Part shown: positions 12,066-23,995 of the stretch, piece by piece
Position numbering within the stretch: the first letter of the stretch is position 1
Layout of the letters: every line of letters starts with the position of its first letter
NCBI RefSeq assembly: GCF_009914755.1
Contig: NC_060925.1
DNA from: the human T2T-CHM13v2.0 reference genome, Homo sapiens
Reading direction: 5' to 3' (one strand)
DNA length: 64,000 nt
The notes under the pieces: model-generated
Seen by the model: the letters and a program-made list of their open reading frames with translations, nothing else
Told to the model about the DNA's origin: nothing
Databases searched by the model: none
Translations under genes and position numbers: made by a program

Positions 12066-13362
12066 AAATATTTTAAAAATTAAATATATTACTTAACTTC
12101 TCTGTGTACCCAATGCTGCCATGGTGAGCAGACGTGACACAGAGCGGTGGCGAGAAAGGGCTAGTGACCAAGAATGCAAGGGAGAAAAGGACTCTGGAAG
12201 ACCTCAGTCAAAAGGAGCAATGGGAGACAGTTAAACGCACCTTGCCAGTCGCCAGGCAGGTCCGCGTCTGCGCCCCTTTATGTTGACGAAGGAAAGGCAA
12301 AAGGAGACTTTCCCAAAAAATAACTGGACGTTTGTCTGCTGCCTATGGGATCCACAGAAGTTCCAGGAGTTCCAGCAATCAATCGAAACAGAATTATGAA
12401 AATGTTTCCAACCTGCTCTGGGGCAGCTATTAGATTCTAATTTAAAAGCTACTAGAAAGGCCAGGTTCAGTATGTACTCATTTAAGTCTTTTATTTAGCA
12501 TTTATTAAGTTGAACCATGTAAATGGCTGATATTTGCAGATTTGTGACTTACAAAAGTGGAAAAGCCACCTGGTTCAACCAGATCCTTTGTGCAAGCCAC
12601 TGTCCTGGGTATTGAAGATATAAAGATAAGAAACAGTCTGTCTTCCCAGGGCTATCAAGAGAGAATCCCATAAAGAATTAGTTGCAAATTGGGTGTTTTG
12701 GTGCTATGGAAAAGATGTACAGACAAAAGAAGGGGGTAAACATTCAGAAATTCAGTGTCCTGAAGTAGAAGTTTGCTTCTTTCATTAGGATAAGCCCAGA
12801 TCTCCTAATCTGGAAATCTGGTGGAAAACGCACTAAGCCCCTCTTCTTGCCATCTCAGCATCTGTAGAACGACCAGTGAGCCCAGAATCTCAAAGCAAGC
12901 ATAAGAGCAGGGTTAATTCCGAACCTGCCAACCTTGACTGAATCTCTTTAGCATTTGTTATTTTTATGAGTCCCTGAATTCTTCCCTTGAATATTAATTG
13001 TCTTCAATTCTTTAAGTATATATTAGTTATTACATATTTTTGATTAATATTTGATGGCCACTTAGGCTGCCAAGTGCTCTCATAAATTTCCCAAGTGGAT
13101 ATCTGACACTAGGTAAGTGTGGGAGACCCCTTGTGCAGAGCAAAGACATCAATCATTTTAAGCCTCTGACTCCACACCTTAATACCCAAAGATATATTGC
13201 TAAGAAGCCCATAACAAGTCATTAAAAATGAATGTCTTGTGGCAGTTTTCATGCCTGCAGAATTCAGTGAGAGAGGAAAGGGAACCTGAAATGTTGCAGA
13301 GGCCAGATAGCTCACTAATACTTGTTTGGACATTTTTTAAAAGATTCCCCCATTTCTCACTC

Positions 13363-13552
13363 CAGAACCAGCTACGTAATTTGTGGGGCCCCAGTGCAAA
13401 GTGAAAATGCAGGATACCTTGGTCAAAACTTATTAAGTATTTGGAGACAGCAACAGCAGAGCATTAAACCAAGCATGGAGCCCTCCTAAGCGTGGGGCCC
13501 ATGCTTAGCATGTGTAACTGTATGGGTTGCACACCAATGAAGCCAAGACCCT
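13363..13552. mobile_element. MER91A-like hAT-Tip100 MITE
   Basis: TAATTTGTGGGGCCCCAGTGCAAAGTGAAAATGC...CAGCAGAGCATTAAACCAAGC...ATGAAGCCAAGACCCTG. Confidence 0.85.
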
Positions 13553-13659
13553 GCCTCTCTCTGCCCTCCCAAGGACCCTCCTCTCCCTCTCATCTCCCTC
13601 TGCCTGAAACTTAGTCCCTATCTATAAATGTTAAAAAAAAAAAAAAACACCAGCAACGA

Positions 13660-13895
13660 TAATATAATATTTAATGAGATACTACGAGGGGCACTCTATT
13701 TTCATTAACTCGTGGAATCAAGAGAGGGTTCATATCACGAATCCTGTAAGTACTATTGTTACCCCCATTCTACAGAGAGTTAATTTCATGTGTCAATTTG
13801 ACTTGGCCATGGGGAGCCCAAACAAGTCTCACAGCATCTGAGCAAGAAGCAGAGCTCAAAATCAAACCCAGAACTTTCCACTACATCACACATCC
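13660..13895 (-). mobile_element. MIR with an embedded MLT2-like 5' fragment (about 13778-13821)
   Basis: MIR CCCATTCTACAGAG and GCAGAGCTCAAAATCAAACCCAG flank GTTAATTTCATGTGTCAATTTGACTTGGCCATGGGGAGCCCA. Confidence 0.6.
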
Positions 13896-14585
13896 CATGA
13901 AATGACCCAGGGCCATAAATGGAAACAGAGCCTGGAGCTGATCTGATCTGTACTCTTTGAATGTGTCCTGAAGCCACCAGCTAACTTCATCGAATATACG
14001 TTAGTCTTTGTTCATTGTTTACTGATATTCCGATCAAGTCGAGAAATTTAAAGTGAATAAACCCACCTCCATAAAGGGAGTTGATAATGGCTGTGATTCC
14101 AGTTTCCCTCTTCTCCTAGATTCCCAGGTCCCATTAAGATTCTTAGGGCTGCACAGGGAACTTTTCTTCTTGTTTCCCTGTCTCTGGCCCCTCTGCCTTC
14201 TAATCAGCCCTACGGAACACCATCAATCTGTTTATTGAGCTCTCCAGCACAGAAAACTTTACCTGCACTGAAAATGTAGCCTAGAGTTTCACCAATCTTA
14301 CAATTAATAAACTATAGTGTAACTTCAATCCTTCCTGCTGTGGTCTAAGGCTATTTCCCAGGGCTCTGGTCTAGTCACAAATACAACCTGAGAACCATGG
14401 AAATACATCCCAATGCAACAATGACAGTGACTGAGAATTTCTTCTCTGCCATGACAAATCCTTCTACACTTCCTACACAGCTTCACCCGCTTCCCAAAGC
14501 TGTGCATTCTTCCAGCTCCTCTGACTTTCTCATTTACTTCTCTATACTTAGTTCCGTGTTAATTATTTGACCACTAGTTTTAGAA

Positions 14586-14798
14586 CAGGGGCGATTTTAC
14601 TCCTTCCCTCCTCAGGGACATTTGGCAATGTCCAAAGACTGTTTGGATGGTCCCAGCTGCAGGGGTGCCACTGGCATCTAGTGGAGAGAGGTCAGGGATG
14701 CTGCTGAACCTCCTGCAATGCCCAGGACAGCCCCCAATGACAAAGAACGAGCCAGCCTAAATGCTAAGTGTCAGTCATGCCACAGTTGAGAAACTCTG
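14586..14798. mobile_element. MER20 (hAT-Charlie MITE)
   Basis: GGGGCGATTTT...GGACATTTGGCAATGTC...CTGGCATCTAGTGG...GGGATGCTGCTGAAC...GTTGAGAAACTCTG. Confidence 0.9.
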
Positions 14799-14807
14799 AT
14801 TTAGACC

Positions 14808-15005
14808 CAGGGTGGCAAGTTTCTGCCACAAGTGCTCTCCCTCCCTAGTCTCCCTGTGTCCTTTGCTGTCACATCTAGTTGATCAGGGCATTCATGCCCT
14901 CTGAGCCTGGTTCTGAAGTTAGAATCCTCCGAACACAGAGCTCCAGGCAGCCTTTAATGAGTGATGGGTGCTGAAATGCAAAATGAACTCGATTGGCCAT
15001 CCTTG
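14808..15005. mobile_element. hAT-Charlie MITE, MER117-like
   Basis: Imperfect TIRs CAGGGTGGCAA / TTGGCCATCCTTG; internal AGAATCCTCCGAACACAGAGCTCCAGGCAGCC. Confidence 0.65.
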
Positions 15006-15109
15006 CATTAGACACTTCTTGTGTTGGCCTTGTTTACCAATTCACACAGTAAACCTTTTGAAGCAAAGATCATGTCTTCTATACTCTTTGTAGTCTCCAA
15101 TAGTGCCAA

Positions 15110-15255
15110 GGCAAAGAAAGGAAGTGATGGAGAAAGGGAGTGGAAGAGAGGAAGGGAGGGAGGGAGGGAGGAAGCAAAGCAAATTAAAGAGAAAATCAGG
15201 GGGAGGAGGAAATAAAATTATAGAAGTAAAAAAGAGTGAAAAATAGAAGAAAGTT
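15110..15255 (+). repeat. GA-rich low-complexity tract
   Basis: Purine-dominated, with GGGA units. Confidence 0.8.
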
Positions 15256-17619
15256 CAAACCAGGCACTACTGAGATTAACTGAAGCAGCCCCCCACTCTT
15301 TCAGGAGCCTATTTTGTGTATTCTTGAGGAGGCTTTACAAAGTAAAAGGAGTCAACACCATGAATTTCCCATCGTCAAGAGACTGACCATGAAAACCTAG
15401 TCACTTTGTTCTTTTAGACAATGCAACTGACTCAGGCTCGCAGTAAGAATTCCCCAGTTTCCCCCAGTCCCTCTCCACCCCAAGTACCAAGCTTTCCTGC
15501 CAAGTGGTGAGAACTAGCTGTCGTCAGGTTGTCATCTTTCCAAAGGCCACACGGGGCACCCCGAGGAAGCCGGATTCAGTTTTTCTCCAACATTTGTCAG
15601 CCCTCATCTTGGTGGGGATTGTCGATTAAGGCAAGGGCATCCATCCTAGTTAACACCGTAATAAATGGCCAACAATGCTGCCATTTGGTGACGATAAAAT
15701 CCTAAATAGTGTGTCTTGTTGATAGTCTTGACAGATAAATTCTGAGTGTTTTTATAGCTTAGATCTTCAGAGGAGATTTGGCAGGCCCTTAGTATTTAAG
15801 GGCTTATGCCATTAAAATTACACGACCACATGTCTGTTTTGAACTTGTCTCTAATAAATGTGGAAATGTAAGCAAAAATTCTCATGTATACAAAGGGCAC
15901 ATCTCATAAAATAACAAGCCTTATTATTGAGTAATCAAAGTGATCAATTTGTTGGAAGAAAATACTCTTTGAAGGCACGTATAATTTTTGGCACTGTTCA
16001 TCTTGGGATTTTTTTCCCTCATAGCATTGCCAACTAAAAACCCAAGCACAGTTTGTGCTTCAGATGCTTCCACCCATCTCTACCAGCTGAACTCACCCTA
16101 CCTAAGGTACAAAGCATTTGCTCAGTGAAGCTTCCCATGCTCAGCTCCCACAGAGGCCAGACTTGCAACCCCCTTCCACTGATTTTTTTTTTAAATTTTC
16201 TTGAACATATTCCTATTCTCAGAGTCCATCTGTTAAGTTTTTTAATCGGTGGCATATCTGGGACCCCAGGCCATGCAAAATTCCACAAAGTACCCTTCTT
16301 TGTCCATTGTAGAATGAAGTGATCTCTATCTCCTCTCTGCAAAAGAGAGCTGTTTGGGGGAGCTCCTGATCCTTGGAAAGAGAAAATGCAGATGGCAGAA
16401 AGAGACCATCCTCCTTCTTTGGATCTTTGCTTGGTTTCTATAGTACTGCCTTTTCCATAGGGCAGACTAGAATGACACAAGTAATGTAACATCAATGAAC
16501 AACTGAGCAACAGCGTGTGGATACTTCATGAAAGTTTAAAAGAGTTAGCTCAAGTGGGGACTACATGTAAATTCAGTGTTTGTAGAGTCATGGCATTTTC
16601 TAAGAAAATTCTAGGAAAGAAGTCATACGACCACACTCTTCACCTTTTCCTCAGCAACTTCAAGCAGCTTGCTTTGTGCCCCTTTCATTTCCAAGCAACT
16701 AGGTCTATCGGGGCCCGGTGGGGGCAGTGGCTCTGTTTTTGCTACTACTGCGAAAGCAAAGGCATCTTCCGTCACCTTTGCCTCCTATAGAGAAGAGCCT
16801 GGTTCTCATGTTTTCCCCCATCTCAATAGCTCAGGGCTTTGCTAATCTTGCTGAACACTTCAGTTTTTAGATGGTATATCAATGAGGCATTCAAACAGAG
16901 CAGTTTATACACAAAAATTCTGTCTGCTTTGTAAAAGATTATCCTTTTATAAACACTCTGCAGAAAACATAAAAGCAAATAAGGGGCAGCACATAGAACA
17001 GGAAAGATGTTAGCAGGGAGATTAATACTGAATGGGTCGAAATGAATGGCGCTTACTAAAACGAGGTCCAGATACTTTGGCTGCAGTGAAACATAAATAA
17101 TGGGAATGACACATCGTTTATTCGGGATAATGAGTTGATCCAGAGTAGAGGCCTAGGACAAGAGATTAAAGATTAAATATCCATCTCCTGATGAATATCA
17201 GTAGCCAACTTTAACCTTTTCCTTCCAAAAGTACAATTTTACTTGAACCATTCTATGTGCTTATGCCACAGTACAGAAATAGGATCCTCAGAAAACAACA
17301 AATGCCACTTGAATCATTTTCTTACCCTGGTGGAAAATATTGTCTCACGTTTTATGATAGGAAGGGGAATTTTATTTCTAGGCTATAAACCTCTAGATAG
17401 TGATTTTTAAAAATAGATTCCTCCCCCACCCCATATTCTGCATTTGAGAAATCTTGTTTAGGGACTCTTCTCGCATCTCCTCATTAACATCCATTCAACA
17501 ATAAAGTTTTTCAAAAGAAAAACAAAAGTGAGACTGGCACAACCCAACACAGATTTCACATCACCAGTGAGCTCTATAGAATGATAAAACGAGACAAGCA
17601 TTCAAAATCTTCTCATCCA

Positions 17620-17770
17620 AACTCGTCATCCCATCGGTGAGGAAACTGAGGCCCGTGGCCAGGATGTGTCCCAGCCAGAGTCCCACAGCTAGTTAGAAAC
17701 GGAGCTGGGACTAGTACCCGAGGCCTTCTGGCTTCAGGCCCCGACTCTTCCCACTGCACCCTGCTGCCTC
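17620..17770 (-). mobile_element. MIR (CpG-retaining)
   Basis: GGTGAGGAAACTGAGGCCC...CACAGCTAGTTAG...GAGCTGGGACTAG...CCACTGCACCCTGCTGCCTC. Confidence 0.85.
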
Positions 17771-18308
17771 TTTATCCCCTCAAGTTGGAAATAATGACCA
17801 AAGCAGCTTGCTGGAAGAGCCAGCACCCCACATGCTAAATTAAAGCCCTGAATTCATGAAAAACTTAGACTATTGGAAGCACTGAATACATAAGAGCTGG
17901 AAACGGAAAAGGGGGATGGGAGAAGCTGGAGCAGCAGGGAAAAATAGAAGAAGAGGATGCAAAAGGAACAGACAGCAATCACAGATGCCCGCGATGCCAG
18001 ACCACAGGCCCCGCCACCTGGGTGTGATTTTAGAGCAGTCTATTGGTGGCCCTTCCCTCTCAAGGGGCGAGAAGACCCATGGCAAGAAGGAATTTTGTCA
18101 TTTGCCCATTTCTTGGAACTAAGTAGCTGCCCACTGTCAACAAGCCAAGACCAAGAGAGTGGTCTGTGGCTCGTAGATACCAGTGGAGTGGGAGAACAAC
18201 AAGATTCAAATGTGGCGTTAAAAAATAAAAGAAAGAAAAAACAAACAGAAAAACCCAGGCTACCAACCAGGCAGGAGCAGGAAACCATCACAGGTTAATT
18301 CCACAGCC

Positions 18309-18333
18309 ACTCACCTACAGAGAGCAAGGTCAG
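18309..18333 (-). other. Juxtaposed 3'/5' splice motif (candidate recursive splice site, or a plain exon donor)
   Basis: Minus strand reads CTGAC CTTGCTCTCTG TAG|GTGAGT. Confidence 0.35.
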
Positions 18334-20378
18334 AATTTGGCTGGCATCCCATGTGATATCAGTTTGGTGGTTTCAGTCTATGCTCCAGGGAACATTTGTC
18401 TCGGTGCCAAACCAACAAGCATGCATGGTTGGCAGGCTGTCCACTGGAGGCCAGGGATGAGGAGCTGTGGAAGTGTATCTATTTTCACTTTGCAAGTATT
18501 TGCATGCCAACACCTCGGCCATTGTGGCTCTTTGGAGAAAGAGGGGAATTTATGCTAGAGAGCGAGGCTGTGTTCAGACAACTTACTCCACATTGGGGTG
18601 CTGGAGCTAGCAGTTCCATTCCCTCTATCCTCTTGCTTTGGTGAGTATTCTGAAGTTTATCACTTTGTCAGAGGTGAAAATAATTGAGCTACTTCCTAGA
18701 TAAGAAAGGTATTACTGGGACCACCTGCCAGACCTTCTTAGCAGGTGAGAATTCTTTTTGTGGTTGCCATGTGTATCACAGATTTCCACTTAGATGGGGT
18801 AATCAAGAGAAAAAAAGACAAGATATTCACAAGATGTGCAAGTGCCACTTAGGAAAAGGAAGGATGTGTTCAGTAGAAAGCATTTAAGAGGGGTTCTGAA
18901 AGGAGGCCAGCATTCATTCAGATCTTTATTTGAGCAGTGAGCATGCTCAACCATAAAGACCCAGAAAGAAACACCACCACCTAGCCTCCCTATATTAAAA
19001 GAGTTCCCAAAGGGAGTACCCACTAGTAAGCAGATACACTTTAATATTTTTTCCAAGAGAGATGAAAAAATTTGATGCAAGTAATTATGGAAACAAGAAG
19101 AGAGTAGCTATGGGTGGAAAAGAGAAGAAGGTGGTAGAAGGACTTCCCAAAAGAAGCATCATGCTTTCATTGAATCATTTCATGATGTCCAGCCCTAGTT
19201 GAGGTGATGGTTAGCAGCAAAGAGCAGCAAACAACATGGTGCTGTGCTAGGGATGATGTCAGGTTAGAGTCAGAAGGATGATGCTATGTAGACCTTGAAC
19301 CTATCTGCAAAGAACTTCCAGTTCAACACTCTCGGTACTTAGAAACACAACCCACATTTCCCAGGTGTCACCAATATTCCCTTGTGGATGGGGTCTGTTA
19401 GTAGATCTGACCATGGAAAGACTGTAGTCTACAAAGAGAGGTAATTGCATCTTTACTTCTCCAGAGAAAATTTAGTGATTTGAAAAAGCAAAGATGGCTG
19501 CCCTGAAATTAATCCCTGATGGACCAATGGTAAGTTGAGCTTGGGAATTTCTCCCAACCTGACATTTAAAAATGTCTATCTACTAGCAAGTAGCTATTGA
19601 GGCTTTATAGAAACTCCCTAAATTGCCTCTTTTCCCTCCTATTATCAAATTCTCAGCAAATTACATGATCATTTTCATAGCTTCCAAATGACGTGTCTAT
19701 ATGGTTGTGAGACCAAATTTGTCCTTAAGACCAAAGCTACTGATAACCATTAGGGATCCTGATAGATATTGATAGGCCAAATCCCCATTTTGTTCCAAAT
19801 ATGTTCACTGAAAAAAAAAACCTCAATATTTTCATAGATAAGTGAGAAGAGTGGGAAAGAAGACATCCTCTTTTATGACTAAGACAAGTAGTGAATGCTG
19901 GAGGTCCTAGGTCTCAGGTATACTTTCCTAATTCTGGGCCTGCTTCTAGGTGGTTTTTGCTCAGACTGAAGCTATCTTTTTTTTTTTTTTTTAGCAAATT
20001 TACTAGTTTTCCTTACTGCATGCTCTACAGACCTTCACTTCCAATTCTAGAGCAGAATTGGAACATGCTTGTGTGAAGTCAGCTAAGTGTGTTCTCTATT
20101 GATTTGTTAGCATATTCTTCACAACAAGAATGGACTCACATTTCACACATTCTAGGGCCTCAGTGTCAGCTCGAAGGGAAGAAGAAGCAAGAACTGAAGG
20201 AGAAAGGGTCAAGAACTCCAAGAAAAGCAGGTTACAAAACAGTTCAAAGTAGTACATTACGTGACAGCTTCATGCAGACAGCATTGATACTTAAGGGTTC
20301 TTAATGGGACAGCAAAAATCTCCAGGGGTGATACCCTGCCTGCCATGACAACTTCCCATCACTCATTATGCTCTAGCC

Positions 20379-21062
20379 CAGTAGTTCCCAGTCCTAGCTA
20401 TATATTAGAGTCACCTGGGGAGCTATAAAAAAAATTCCCATGCCCAGAAATTCTGACTTAACGGATCAGGGATGGAGCCTGAGCATTGCATCTTAAAACA
20501 TTCCCATGGGGATTGCATTGCAAGCCATTGTAGTGGGCTGAATAAAGGCCCCCCCAAATATTATATCAAGTCCTACTTCCAGGAACCTGTAAATGTTACT
20601 TTTTATGGCAAAATTGGGTTTTGCAGATGGGATTAAGTTAAGGATGTTGAGATGGGAAGACTGCCTTCATTTTTCAGATGTGCTCTAAATGCAGTCACAA
20701 GCATCCTAATAAAAGAGAGGCAGAGGGAGACGTGACACACACGGAGGGAAAGGTGATATGAAGATAGAACACAGAGAGATTTGAAGGTTCTGACCTTGAA
20801 AATTGGACTGATGTGGCCACAAGCCAGGTAATGCTGGCAGCCACTAGACACCAGAAAAGGCAAGAAAAAGATTCTCTCCTAGAGCCTTGGAGGGAGCACC
20901 GCCTTGCCAACGCCTTGATTTCAGCCCAGACATTCTGATGTCAGACTTCTGAACCTCCAGATCTATGAGAAAATATGTTCTGTTATTTTAAGGCACTAAA
21001 TTTGTGGTAATTAGTTATGACAGCCAAAGGAAACTAATTCAGCAGGTTAGCAACAGCCACTG
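20379..21062. mobile_element. MER5A-like MITE split by an MLT1 LTR
   Basis: CAGTAGTTCCCA...ATTAGAGTCACCTGGGGAGCT...CCCAGAAATTCTGACTTAA, with a short remainder after the LTR. Confidence 0.7.
20529..21041 (+). mobile_element. MLT1B/C/D-class MaLR solo LTR
   Basis: TGTAGTGGGCTGAATAAAGGCCCCCC...AGAGAGGCAGAGGGAGA...TTTGTGGTAATTAGTTATGACAGCCAAAGGAAACTAATTCA. Confidence 0.9.
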
Positions 21063-21094
21063 TAGTCCTACTGGCCTCTGCTAAAGTCTTCAAA

Positions 21095-21460
21095 AGGCCT
21101 CAGTGTTACCTCCAAGACTTTGCACTTGCTTTTTCTCTACCTGTAGCACTCTTTCCCCTTGTCTTCACTTGGCTGACTTCAGGAGGCTTTCCCTGACCCA
21201 ATCTCAGATTTTGCTTTTTTTTTATTTATTTTTTTTTTTTTAGGATTTTGTACTTGTCTTTCATAGTACTTACCAGTTTTTAATGAGCTATGTAGTTGTT
21301 TATTTATTCAATGCTTTTCTTTCCCACCAGAATAATAAACTACTCTCTGAGAACTATGCTTACATCATTTTATACATCACTGTATTTTCAGTACCTAACA
21401 TGGTGCCACACACATAGTAAGTAATCAATAAAAACTCATTAAAAGAAATAATGAATGAAC
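21095..21460 (+). mobile_element. L2 3' region
   Basis: CTTTGCACTTGCT...CAGTACCTAACATGGTGCCACACACATAGTAAGTAATCAATAAA...ATGAATGAA. Confidence 0.75.
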
Positions 21461-22599
21461 TAATAATCTTGTAACACATAGGACTGAACTCCAGATAACA
21501 GTCAGGGATGCCAGATCAGAGTCTATCTCCTGGGAGAGGGAATAACAAGGTCCAGGAAGAAAATCTGGGCCCCAAATAAAAAAAATATCTCAGTTCTGAC
21601 TGTGCTCCAGACTCTGTGGGAGAACTCGAGTGGTGGGGGAGAGTTTTGCAGGGGTTTGTATATGAACACTTGACTCCTGATTTGAGCAGCCAACCACACT
21701 TCCAGACTGCATTTGGTATAGGTCATGAGGATCTTGATACAGTACCAGGTTTGACAAGTATTGGCTCAGGAACTGGAAAGGGAAAAGAAAAGAGGTGAAA
21801 TAACCTTAAGACCTGCAGCAGAACATAACTGGAAACAAGTAGGCACTGACAAATATGTGGACCAGGCAAAACCAATCCATCCCTTTATGTGCATGAAAGA
21901 CAGGACACTAACTGAAATCCATCAGTCTCTAGGTGCTTTAGTATGTTCCCACTATCCATCTGTCTCCAAGTTAAGAACAACACCTTTTGTGATATTTGTA
22001 TATGCATCTATTTTTAAAAATCACTTGAGTAAATCTGGAACACGAAGTAAAATCCATTGTACTGTTCCTTACTGACTGCCTGCTTCTACTATAGTAAATA
22101 GATGCCAAAGGTAAAAGTGAATGGTGCTGGATGCTGATTTTCAGGGTCAAAAACCAAGCTGATTGTGTTATTAGAACCCCACAAGCTATTCCCTCCCTTC
22201 TCTGGCCATTTCTTGGTGAAAAAGCAATGGCAAGAGAGAGGCAACTTTGAAAATCTAGGAATTCCAGGATTGCAAATAGCAATTAAACAAAAGGGCAGAA
22301 TTAAAAGCCCCATCTTCCGCCAAAAAGGTAGAATGATCAGGTAAGGGAAGAAGAGTCTTGGTAAGGTAGAAATGCTTGGAGGAAGATTTCAGTTAGGTTC
22401 TTTTCTCGCAAGGAACAAATTCAACCACTCATGTGAGGGAAAAAAAAAATGATGTTTTAACCATGGCTGTTGTTTTGGTTTGGTTTGTTTTAACTCCTCC
22501 AATTTGACCTCAAGAACATGTTGACTTTGTGTTAGTGAATGTAAACATTTCAATCAGAGTTAACAGCAACATGAAAAACTTTTCATCGAGAAACAATTT

Positions 22600-23995
22600 T
22601 CTGGAGCAAATTCTATTGTTTTTCAGCGTTTTCAGTGTTTCAATTTCATAGTGTTTTCAGCGCTCAGTCTGTGAGCACTGTATCTCTGGTTTTTAGCAGT
22701 TCCACTATGATGTACCTAAGTGTGATTTTCTTTATATTTACTTTGCTTGGAATTTGCTGAGCCTCTTGAATCGTAATGTCTTTCGTCAGTTTTTAGAAAG
22801 TATTCAACAGTTATCTCCAAATTTGCTGCTTCCTCATTGTCTCTCTCCTATCCTTTCGGGATTCCAATTACACATATGTTAGAACCATTTACTATGTCTC
22901 ACATATTTATTTTGCTTGGATCCATTCTTTCAACTTTATTTTTCTTTCTGTGATTTAATTTTGCTATTTTCTTTGGGCCTATCTTTGAGTGTACTAATCC
23001 TGTCTTCTGCCGTACGCAAGCCAAGCTCTTGCTAAACCTGTCCAACAAATTCTTAATGTCAGCTATAATATTTTTAGGTTATATAATATCTGATTGATCC
23101 TTTTACACAGATTCAAATTCTTAGTTGACCTTCATCTTTTCATCTCTTTTGTATGTATTTTTCTGCATTTTATTTAACATATGTATAATAGTTATTTTAA
23201 GGCCTTTGAGGTAACTCCAATATCTGGATCATCTATAGGTTTGCTCCTATTGCTTTTTTTTTTATTTTTAGTCATGTTTTTCTGCTTCTTCACATGCCTC
23301 ATAGTATTTAATTGTATGGTGAACATCATGTGTAAAATAATCTTCGAGACGGCTGTCTTTGTTATTTCCCCCAGAGCATTTGTGCTTTCCTTTGAAAAAC
23401 AGATAGGGAGAGGGACTATCTCTCAATCACCTCCATCCAATCAGAAATTGAACTGGCTTAGAGCTAGATTGCAGCTTCAGCTAGACTTAGTTCACCTCTG
23501 CTTTCAAAAATCTCAAGGACAGTTGTGTGTTTGTTGTAGCTATTCGTCTCAAGGATTTTCCAAGTGCTTTGAGGCAGTGAGAGAGTGAGACACTTGACTC
23601 GGCTTTCCAGCCCAGCCTCCTAGTCTCTTAGCATCCCTTCCCCCAGGCCCCAGCACTCAGCAAAGGTCCTTTGGGAAATTGGCTAAGACCTTTAAAATCC
23701 CCCAGATCCCAGCTTATCAGCATCCTCTGCAGGTTTGTCTTTTCCTGGTAGAGTCCCTTGGCCTAGCCAAGCCTGACCAATCCACAGTCTGTGAGCGCAC
23801 TTGCAATAGTCCCTAGGGAAGAAAATGGTCAGTGACCTCAGCTCATCTGTGAAGGGGGCATCTCTCTGGAATTTTAACTTATCTGTAACTTTTTGCTTCC
23901 TACATCTCCTATGTCTTTAAAAATATAATTTTCTTAATTTATCCAATTTTTCTAGTTATTACAGCAGAAATCAACAACTTGCCTCAACCTTCTAC
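22600..23995 (-). mobile_element. Old L1M 5'/ORF1 region
   Basis: ACTATGATGTACCTAAGTGTGATTTTCTTT and CCTTTCGGGATTCCAATTACACATATGTTAGA are typical antisense L1M ORF1-region motifs. Confidence 0.75.

Noticed and set aside
16034-16510. 158-aa minus-strand ORF, and 130+ aa ORFs at 9435, 23181, 29041 and 33324
   Set aside because: No recognisable domain, and several overlap degenerate MIR, L1 or L2 sequence.
16776-17573. Further minus-strand exon-like pairs (about 16776-16957 and 17326-17573)
   Set aside because: Each has only one strong site and the pairing is ambiguous; not distinguishable from background pseudo-exons.
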